From Kiritimatiellia bacterium (lineage in GTDB: Bacteria; Verrucomicrobiota; Kiritimatiellia; RFP12; UBA3636), in NCBI GenBank assembly GCA_017648065.1, contig JAGCJJ010000007.1, positions 4,167 through 68,166 on the forward strand: a stretch of 64,000 nucleotides of DNA. The letters run 5' to 3'. Shown here one piece after another: positions 19,601 to 26,294 of the stretch; within the stretch, counting starts at the first letter, position 1; every line of letters begins with the position of its first letter. The position numbers were made by a program, and so were the translations under genes. Below the pieces are notes generated by a model. That model searched no databases, was not told the origin of the DNA, and worked only from the letters and a program-made list of their open reading frames with translations.

Positions 19601-20106
19601 CCAATTTTGACGACAAATCAAATAAAAGCACAGAATGGTTGCCGTTGTTTAATTATGAAGAGGCGCAAGAAATTGCTTCTCGTATCATTTATCAAAATAC
19701 AGGTGATGGTAATTGTTATTATTTTAAAGATATTTCTCAAATTGGTTATTCTTATACAAGAGATTCTTTATTAAATTATGTGATTGGAAAAATGGGAGAC
19801 GATGCTCTTAGAGATTCTTGGCGTGAGAATTTGCTTGGCAGTATAGCAAAGTATGTAACCACACGTGGTCAAACTTTTACAATTGTTGTTCGCTCAGATG
19901 CTTTTGCGCCTAAATACGGTTCGGACGTAGATGGTACTACGCTTGCAAGTAAGGTCGCTGTTGTCGAAGCATGGCGAGATACAGAGCCAGCACGAGATAA
20001 AGATGGAAATCCAATAACTATACCAGTTTATAATAGTCAAGGTAGACAAACTGGCGAAAAAAAATATCACAACTGGCATATTCGCTCTGTTCGAATTGTT
20101 GATTAG
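16699..20106 (+). CDS. giant GspK-like minor pseudopilin (1135 aa)
   Basis: The N-terminus EDNGSALVIVLGMLAVLMLMAVAFSIIMRTERAGTTNLRHSLTAQNGINSAIALAI matches the GspK pattern (no F+1/E+5, R-x-E after the helix). It occupies the last position of the pseudopilin block. I recognise no motif in the remaining ~1050 aa. Confidence 0.7.
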   Translation: MKINREDNGSALVIVLGMLAVLMLMAVAFSIIMRTERAGTTNLRHSLTAQNGINSAIALAIHDIEEDVGDEIIPDWENYVFSSFGLGTTKDLNNAKLSILNERAQRHLNPTTRALVKNATVDWRLLYSGIPLSNYSANSDDYLDDDTIVGRVAYVAVNTTGYIDPNKVTYLKDYDSKELTKEPIIAVPEDSPQFNDTSFAKNGGKNVLFSKSDFVTKRQEKNREGFTSFADLYTLNESEMYDSSGKLKKSPQMFINLFSPKEPNKLFLPDIFGSSASFGMSPYPPQVERDVNEPYADPNSDDYVVLREPVKIESEPRNVTLTEDVMRNIYVAFCNIFARKNWIEESSYGEGEIQYENNNEISIGNVEWPFRHMGVMKNSVLTRADLALLSFAEFYTYKRGNDSDFNSNKYIEMAIDVINDGGGRPKISDVLDAPCFKHVPMVSSIIGYTDNPEVPDDNDIKIYYHNGNGKFSPVKDDDVIPPKKTTAKYYAKYELPINFVVSATSPYLYKGGGSPTAAKMNVKIMFGPNANGQNIFADIQKNINGDPKIVIDPQSNFAKKVKGGHDFSESEKYNKSLVTRSIKAEDDSLTEKIEIYIQCKDPSRISTEEAPIAIKDIKNLFRWEDAQFDKSSLDKYSIDIFAQIDIKVGSKDVQLVPGKKIRSKSGPEGYIHFKLPLFFGEVKGNNGNNGNKGNKEINHHRFGYAMVIDPRFAAATYCLNEFREESTVESFPFWVNNAMAENLGEFSKLKEFEMDAKSIDDLVPGGRTPDIANPYGKLVMGFNAEGDGVEDHSFWENIIKLGDFSKEQGIPCPDTLHKIPGGVQLVNDSGFVGKDLEIDFGIYGSDISSLGELGSLCIGPWETISLYRTQTLNKRNNSSQYDFHTVFDFFTLDIPSKLSDNKVNLNTPPLVKINGKKNVQIVKEGDTEFGGQKLRLSRQNEIRAEKYVSLARGMNLEPLTAVICSLDTNFDDKSNKSTEWLPLFNYEEAQEIASRIIYQNTGDGNCYYFKDISQIGYSYTRDSLLNYVIGKMGDDALRDSWRENLLGSIAKYVTTRGQTFTIVVRSDAFAPKYGSDVDGTTLASKVAVVEAWRDTEPARDKDGNPITIPVYNSQGRQTGEKKYHNWHIRSVRIVD
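18748..18790 (+). repeat. imperfect 9-bp tandem repeat (GGAAATAAT-like, ~5 units) encoding GNNGNNGNKGNKEIN
   Basis: Read directly: ggaaataat ggaaataat gggaataaa ggaaataaa gaaataaat, inside the GspK-like gene. Confidence 0.7.
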
Positions 20107-20125
20107 TGGGTAGTGGCAATACGCT

Positions 20126-20524
20126 ATGAAGCAAAAACTGATTTCCGCTGCTCGTGAGGTAGCAAAAAATGCATATTGCAAATATTCTAATTACCATGTT
20201 GGTGCGGCTCTCTTAGCGGATGATGGCACCATATGGCTAGGTTGTAATGTGGAAAATTCCTCATTTGGAGCAACAAATTGTGCAGAGCGTACAGCCCTTT
20301 TTTCTGCAATAGCAGCTGGTAAGCGTAAATTTTCAGCAATAGCTGTTGTTGGTGGCACAGATGCTGAACCAGCTTCTCCATGTGGTATTTGCCGTCAAGT
20401 GCTATCCGAATTTTGCTCTTCGGAAATGCCTGTATATTTTGCAGGACTTGAAGGTGATACAATCCATACAACAACACTTGGTGAGCTACTGCCACTTGCA
20501 TTTTCAGGAGCAAATCTTGAATGA
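20126..20524 (+). CDS. cdd: cytidine deaminase
   Basis: Zinc motifs CAERTALFSAIAAG and PCGICRQVLSEF. 132 aa. Confidence 0.9.
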   Translation: MKQKLISAAREVAKNAYCKYSNYHVGAALLADDGTIWLGCNVENSSFGATNCAERTALFSAIAAGKRKFSAIAVVGGTDAEPASPCGICRQVLSEFCSSEMPVYFAGLEGDTIHTTTLGELLPLAFSGANLE

Positions 20525-21675
20525 GTGAGCCTGTCCAAGAACAAGAAAAATTAGCTGAGCCAGAGTCAGTAGTTTCATTTGATGCGATGGCACTTCGTAG
20601 CGAACTTCAATTTGCTATAAAAGAGTTGGGCTTTACCACGCCTACAAAGGTGCAAGCAGCTCTTATTCCTCAATTATTGGAGAAACGTAAGGATTGTCTT
20701 GCTCTTGCAGCTACTGGTACAGGAAAGACTGCTGCCTTTGGACTTCCTTTATTAAATGCACTTTCTGCTGGTAAAGTAAAGCATCCTGAGGCTCTTATTG
20801 TTTGTCCGACACGTGAGCTTTGCAATCAGATTGCGGTTGATTTGCGTTCTTATGCAAAAGGTATGAAGGATGTGCGCGTGCTTGCTGTATATGGTGGAGC
20901 AGATATACAGTTCCAAATACTTGAACTATATCGTGGCGTATCAATTTTAGTAGCTACACCAGGCCGTCTTTTAGATTTGCTGGATCGCGGTGCTGCAAAG
21001 TTAGATGCAGTTAGGTGTCTGGTTCTTGATGAAGCTGATGAAATGCTTCAGATGGGCTTCAAAGAGGAACTTGATGCCATTGTAGATGCAGTTCCTGAAA
21101 AGGCTAGAACATGGATGTTCTCTGCTACAATGGATAAGCAAACAAAGCAGGTTGCTGATAAACTTCTGACAAATCCCATTGTTGTTAATACGATTACAAA
21201 AACAGAAGCACCTCAGATTTACCATCAATGTATAGTTTTTAAGAAGCATGCAGACAGAGCAAAGGAATTAGACAAGTTGCTCAAAAAGCCTGAATTTTTT
21301 GGACTTGTTTTCCTCCGTACACGCGATGGAGTGCGTAATCTTTCTATGCGCTATAAAGCTGGTGATGTAGCATCATTACGTGGCGATATGCCACAAAAGG
21401 AGCGCGACAAGGTTATGCGCGCATTTCGTAAGCACGAATTTAAAGCATTGCTTGCTACAGATATTGCTGCTAGAGGCATTGATATAGATGATATTACCCA
21501 TGTCATCCATTATGATATGCCAGACGATGCAGAGGCATATACTCATCGCAGTGGACGCACTGCCCGTGCAGGTAAGGCCGGCACATCAATTCTATTTGCA
21601 TTAGAAGAGGAGTTGCCAAAGGTATATCGCCTTGCAAAGCAGCTTAAAGTCTTCATTAAAATCAAAAAAATGTAG
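20521..21675 (+). CDS. DEAD-box ATP-dependent RNA helicase (compact, 384 aa)
   Basis: Q-motif region, ATGTGKTAAFGLP (I), PTRELC (Ia), VLDEADEML (II), SAT (III) and HRSGRTARAG (VI). The ATGA overlaps the cdd stop. Confidence 0.9.
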   Translation: MSEPVQEQEKLAEPESVVSFDAMALRSELQFAIKELGFTTPTKVQAALIPQLLEKRKDCLALAATGTGKTAAFGLPLLNALSAGKVKHPEALIVCPTRELCNQIAVDLRSYAKGMKDVRVLAVYGGADIQFQILELYRGVSILVATPGRLLDLLDRGAAKLDAVRCLVLDEADEMLQMGFKEELDAIVDAVPEKARTWMFSATMDKQTKQVADKLLTNPIVVNTITKTEAPQIYHQCIVFKKHADRAKELDKLLKKPEFFGLVFLRTRDGVRNLSMRYKAGDVASLRGDMPQKERDKVMRAFRKHEFKALLATDIAARGIDIDDITHVIHYDMPDDAEAYTHRSGRTARAGKAGTSILFALEEELPKVYRLAKQLKVFIKIKKM

Positions 21676-21990
21676 AAGATTCTTTTCTCTTAATTCTGTC
21701 AAAGACTTCGCGCTTTTAGCCAATTACGAGATTACTCTAGTTGCTGTTTTTATGATAAAGCGAGACGCGTTCTATAAAAACATTATCTTATGAAACACTC
21801 TGCATAATGTATTAAAATTTTGTAAATGCTATACAAATTTTAGCAGTTTTTGCAAAATATTTTTCTAAAATGATTTAATTTGTTAATTTATTTAGTTTCA
21901 AAGGTTTGTGCTTATTAAATCGTTAAAACAGCTGTTTGATTTTTTAAATTAAATCTTGCAAAGAGTTTAGTAGTTTTGGTTAAATTAACT

Positions 21991-22098
21991 TGTTTTAAGG
22001 AACTAATAACTTCTTAAAACATCCCTAAAATATAACCTATCCCTAAACACTTCAATATGTGTGCCACCTTTAGATCCCTGTCTAAAGGTGGCTTTTTT
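21991..22098 (+). ncRNA. candidate small RNA (~105 nt): 5' hairpin, C-rich single-stranded motifs, intrinsic terminator
   Basis: A possible promoter is TTGCAA-18-TTAAAT (21956-21985). A 9-bp hairpin spans 21991-22021. AUCCCU occurs three times (22021, 22039 and 22074, the last in the terminator loop). The terminator is at 22063-22098. There is no ORF with an SD. Confidence 0.25.
22063..22098 (+). terminator. rho-independent terminator with no upstream ORF (~390 nt after the helicase stop)
   Basis: GCCACCTTTA-10 nt loop-TAAAGGTGGC followed by TTTTTT. Confidence 0.8.
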
Positions 22099-22117
22099 AT
22101 TTACATTGGATATAAAA

Positions 22118-22149
22118 AAGGAGCAGGACACATTATGGCCAAGCTCCTT
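22118..22149 (-). terminator. probable terminator of the minus-strand ABC transporter operon
   Basis: On the minus strand: AAGGAGC-18 nt-GCTCCTT followed by TTTTT, 28 nt after the stop at 22178. Confidence 0.45.
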
Positions 22150-22177
22150 ATAAATTGTATTTACTTAATACTGTAAA

Positions 22178-23134
22178 TTAGTATGCAGATTCTGGATAGT
22201 AGTTTGCTTCTGCATTTGAAGCATCAACTACCTCTGCAGGGATAACAACCTTCTTTTCTGCAGGTGTATTGCCGTCAAGTAGCTTGATTGCTTCCTCTGC
22301 TGCGTGGTAAATCATTTTTGGTGGATATGTTACTGTTTGTGTTACCAGAGGATCTTTGTCGATAATGCGCTTAATGATTAGCTTGCTTCCACCACCACCA
22401 AGCATTGTCTTGATATCTTTGCGACCAGATTCCTCGTATGCTTTCAAAGCACCTAAAAGAACATCATCATCTCCTGTCCATACAGCATCAATCTGTGGGT
22501 GCATTAGTAGATAGTTCTCCATGAGCTTTAGACCTTTCTCTGTATTCCAATCAGCAATACCTTCCTCGATAATTTCGATTTCAGGATATTGAGCCATCAC
22601 TGCCTTAAATGCTTCAACACGATCTGTGTTTACCTGGCAAAGAACACCTTGCATAATTGCTACCTTACCTTTGCCATCAATAGCCTTTGCTATTTGCTCA
22701 CCAGAAACTCGGCCAAATCCAGGATTATCACCCACTACAGCTAAATCCTCAATAGGCATTGCTAGATTACGATCAACAACTACTAGTTTGATACCCTTAT
22801 TTTTTGCAATTTGGCATACAGGTGTCAGAGGAGCAGGCTCATGAGGTAGAATTACAAGTGCCTTGATGTCCTGAACCATTAGATTTTCAATGCTGGAAAA
22901 TTGATCAGCAGCATTAGCAGTTGCAGATACGATAATATTGTAGTTTGGATATTTTGCTTCAAGCTCTGCTTTTGCCTTATTAGCCCAAAATACAACGCCA
23001 CCTGTCCAACCATGGTCAGCACTAGGAATACTAATTGCGATTGTTGGCTTTTTAGGACCTTTTGAACAACCAATAGCAACAACAGCAGTGGCTATTGCTA
23101 CAAATGCGAATTTAACGATAGTTTTTATTTTCAT
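22178..23134 (-). CDS. sugar ABC transporter substrate-binding lipoprotein (RbsB/CUT2-like periplasmic binding protein)
   Basis: Lipobox ...VVAIGC|SKG and a type I PBP pattern (IAISIPSADHGWTGG, VVDRNL, WTGDDDVLLGA). ATG 23134 overlaps the permease stop (TAATG). The track N-terminal extension to 23224 lies inside the permease gene. Confidence 0.8.
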   Translation of the reverse strand: MKIKTIVKFAFVAIATAVVAIGCSKGPKKPTIAISIPSADHGWTGGVVFWANKAKAELEAKYPNYNIIVSATANAADQFSSIENLMVQDIKALVILPHEPAPLTPVCQIAKNKGIKLVVVDRNLAMPIEDLAVVGDNPGFGRVSGEQIAKAIDGKGKVAIMQGVLCQVNTDRVEAFKAVMAQYPEIEIIEEGIADWNTEKGLKLMENYLLMHPQIDAVWTGDDDVLLGALKAYEESGRKDIKTMLGGGGSKLIIKRIIDKDPLVTQTVTYPPKMIYHAAEEAIKLLDGNTPAEKKVVIPAEVVDASNAEANYYPESAY

Positions 23135-24111
23135 TATTTTCCCTTTTGTTTTCTTTGAGTTAAAACAGAAATTAGAATTACTAAACCTTTTACTGTGCCT
23201 TGCAACGCTGGTGAAATATGCCAAAGGTCAAGAATTGTAGAAACAATTCCAAGAATCAAAATACCAGCAATTGTTCCTCGAATACTTCCTTTGCCACCAG
23301 ACATAGAAGCACCACCAATTACAACTGCCGCAATAGCATCCAATTCGTAGAATTGTCCTGCATTTGATGATGGGATTGAACCCATACGCCCACAGAATAA
23401 TATTGCAGCTATTCCGACACAAATACCTATGATAGCATAACTTCCGAAGCGCATAAGTGATGTGTTAATTCCTGAAAATTGGGAAACACGCTCGCTTGCA
23501 CCTGTTGCCAATGTATATTTGCCATAACGTGTGAAACAAAGAATTACTTCTAGCACAATAGCTAGAATAAGCATTACCCATACAGGTGTAGCTATCGATA
23601 AAAATGAAGAACTGCCGATATTTAGGAAGCAAGTACCTATTTCAATATTGTTCATGCAGCTGACTGTTCCAGAGTCTGCAAAGTATAGTGCTAAAGAACG
23701 ATAAATGGAGTATGTGCCTAATGTTGCAATAAATGGTGGAAGTTTACCTAGATTAACAAGTAATCCGTTGATAGCACCACCGAGTAGACCAATGCCGCAA
23801 CCTGCAAGGCAGCCAATTAAGGTTGCAAGAGTAGGAGAGATGCCTAAATCAGCAACGGCAAGTGTTGTGTTAATTGTGATTACACCGGAAAGTGCAAAAA
23901 GTGAACCTACAGCCAAATCAATACCGCCGGCAATGATTATATAGGTCATACCGAGTGCAATAATGCCACTATAAGAGCATTGACGTAAAATATTTGTCAA
24001 ATTTGTTGCTGTTCGAAAATGTTCATTCGAAATGCAGCAAATAACAAAAAGTATTGCAAGAGCGATATATGCACTAGCACAATTTTTGAAGAATGATTTT
24101 ATTTTTACCAT
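23134..24111 (-). CDS. sugar ABC transporter permease (RbsC-like, CUT2 family)
   Basis: ~9 hydrophobic segments with GGIDLAVGS, PPFIATLGT and VVIGGASMSGGKGSIRGT, typical of ribose-type permeases. Confidence 0.8.
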   Translation of the reverse strand: MVKIKSFFKNCASAYIALAILFVICCISNEHFRTATNLTNILRQCSYSGIIALGMTYIIIAGGIDLAVGSLFALSGVITINTTLAVADLGISPTLATLIGCLAGCGIGLLGGAINGLLVNLGKLPPFIATLGTYSIYRSLALYFADSGTVSCMNNIEIGTCFLNIGSSSFLSIATPVWVMLILAIVLEVILCFTRYGKYTLATGASERVSQFSGINTSLMRFGSYAIIGICVGIAAILFCGRMGSIPSSNAGQFYELDAIAAVVIGGASMSGGKGSIRGTIAGILILGIVSTILDLWHISPALQGTVKGLVILISVLTQRKQKGK

Positions 24112-24332
24112 AATCTAAATTTACCTAAACAAAATGAATGCAATTATTTTCTCATAATAAATCAAAACTTACAAGTTTAATTTAGTTAAAAATCTTTGCA
24201 CCTGAAAACAGAAAGCTAATTGCCGATTTAGATTGAAGTATATTTCTTGGTTTTGATACAATAAAAATAAATTTTTGTTTTTATTTAACTTATTGTTTGT
24301 CAATATATTATATATAATGATTGGATAGAACT

Positions 24333-26279
24333 ATGAATTCGTTAAAAAAGATTACTGTTGCATTTGTTTTGTTACTAATATCTGTATTTGCATTTGCTAA
24401 TGTAATTCAGCCAGATGGTTCTCTTGAATATATCTTGGCTGATGGTGATGATTACATTGATACAGGTATCCCTGCACGAACAGGCGTAAAAATTGAAGCT
24501 GTAGTTGAATGGACTAATGTATCAGGAGATTATGCTTTCTTTGCTGCTCGCGTTGGTGCAGATAGATTTTATCCTATATACATTTATAATTCATGCCTTG
24601 GAATTGGTGTTAATGGCGAATTTAAATACCTTAATCAAAATGATATTACAAACTTAAATGCTAATCATACTGATGACGGTAATGTAAAAGTGGAAGCAGG
24701 CAGAAAGTATAAAGTAATTTCAGATTTTGCAGACGAATTACAGACAATTTCAATTGATGGTAAAACTGTTTATTCCGGCACCCATGCAACAGGTATGGAT
24801 TTGGGGATTAATCTTTTCCTCTTTGCGATGAATTATTCATCAAATAATTATCCTTCAAAAGCAAAGCTGTATTCTGCAAAGATATGGTTAGATGGCGAGC
24901 TTGTTCGTGAATATGTACCTCATATTGAAGATGGTTATTCAGGCTTGTATGATAAAATAAATGGCACATTTTCAATGCCTATAGGAACAGGTCGTACATT
25001 TGGTGTTTCTCCTCGTAAATTGCCTGGAAAACCAGATGCTTTTGTAGATTGGATTGGTTCCGGAAATGATACTATTATGGATTTAGGTATAACAGCAAGA
25101 ACCGGCACAACAATTGAAGGCTCAATGGAGTGGACGTATATTGATGGTGGTCAAGAGTCTACTTTTATAGGTGCTAAAGGTTCACCAAATTATTTAGTAC
25201 CTATGCATGAATTTGATGGAAATATGTGGATTGCTCATGGAACAACAAAGGTTTATTTGACAGATGAAAATGGTAATTCACGAAAGTTTGATGTTAATAA
25301 AAGATATGATTTCAGATTTGTTGCAGACGAAAATGAGGCCTCTTTTACTCTTAACGGTGAAAAATTGTATGAAATCACAAACCCAGATGTTTTTGATTCA
25401 AATGAAACGCTAAAATTGTTTGCATTAGGCAATCGCTATTGTGCATCTTATTCTAAGTGCTATAAGCTTAAAATTTGGCAGGATGGTGTCTTGATTGGTG
25501 ATTATTATCCTGCTGTAAAAGATGGTAAGACATGCTTGTACAACAGTGTTACAGATGAATGCTGTTTCCCATGGGTTGATTTGGCAGGCAAATACGCTGG
25601 TAAGCCAGTCGTGGAGATGGGAAGCTCTGTCTATAAGCAGCCAAAATATCCTAAGTATAGGGTGGAATATTTAACCTCTGATTCTGTGAAAAATAATACC
25701 TCATTCCCACCTCAATATATCGATATTGGTATCAATGGTAAGAGTGGAATAAAGGTAGAAGCTAAGGTTGAGTGGCTAAATACAAGTGCAGATAATGGTT
25801 TGATAGGTTCAAAAGGAGATGGAGATAACAGAATATATGCAATCCATACCTACGTCAATACATTGTGTTGCGGATATGATAAATTTATTCGTTCAAACGC
25901 TGAGTTAAGCACAAATAGGGTATATGATGTTGTTTCTATCCTTAATGTAGGTGAACAAAAGATGTTTCTTGATGGTGTTGAGGTTTATTCTGCTACCAAT
26001 ACTAAAGAATTAGATAATGGATATTCAATGTATATCTTCTGTGAAAATGTAACAGGTCAGCCAAGATATTTCTCAAATGCACGTATCTATTCTATGAAGA
26101 TATGGGAAAATGATGTTTTAATTAGAAATTTAATTCCTGTTATCGCAGATAATATGGAGGTTTGCTTCTATGATAAGGTTAATAATACGTTTTATGGAAG
26201 TGAAGTTTCATCAGGCTTCTGGAGCTATGGAAATATACTTGGCGCAGTATATAATGGGTCAACAATTATAATTAGATAA
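24333..26279 (+). CDS. secreted protein built from three tandem copies of an uncharacterised ~190-200-aa domain
   Basis: Signal peptide MNSLKKITVAFVLLLISVFAFA. The repeat landmarks recur three times: YIDTGI/IMDLGI/YIDIGI, G..IE..(V/M)EW, then KLYSAKIWLDGELVREYVP / YKLKIWQDGVLIGDYYP / RIYSMKIWENDVLIRNLIP, then GLYDKINGTF / CLYNSVTDEC / CFYDKVNNTF. Confidence 0.8.
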   Translation: MNSLKKITVAFVLLLISVFAFANVIQPDGSLEYILADGDDYIDTGIPARTGVKIEAVVEWTNVSGDYAFFAARVGADRFYPIYIYNSCLGIGVNGEFKYLNQNDITNLNANHTDDGNVKVEAGRKYKVISDFADELQTISIDGKTVYSGTHATGMDLGINLFLFAMNYSSNNYPSKAKLYSAKIWLDGELVREYVPHIEDGYSGLYDKINGTFSMPIGTGRTFGVSPRKLPGKPDAFVDWIGSGNDTIMDLGITARTGTTIEGSMEWTYIDGGQESTFIGAKGSPNYLVPMHEFDGNMWIAHGTTKVYLTDENGNSRKFDVNKRYDFRFVADENEASFTLNGEKLYEITNPDVFDSNETLKLFALGNRYCASYSKCYKLKIWQDGVLIGDYYPAVKDGKTCLYNSVTDECCFPWVDLAGKYAGKPVVEMGSSVYKQPKYPKYRVEYLTSDSVKNNTSFPPQYIDIGINGKSGIKVEAKVEWLNTSADNGLIGSKGDGDNRIYAIHTYVNTLCCGYDKFIRSNAELSTNRVYDVVSILNVGEQKMFLDGVEVYSATNTKELDNGYSMYIFCENVTGQPRYFSNARIYSMKIWENDVLIRNLIPVIADNMEVCFYDKVNNTFYGSEVSSGFWSYGNILGAVYNGSTIIIR

Positions 26280-26294
26280 ATGCGAAATTGAATT

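Noticed and set aside
20519-20524. Possible stop-codon reassignment (TGA or TAG read-through), since some candidate lineages recode
   Set aside because: TGA cleanly ends cdd (GAATGA overlap with the helicase ATG) and miaA (40161-40163). TAG ends lpxI and thiE. TAA ends most other genes. Protein lengths match known families, so the code is standard.
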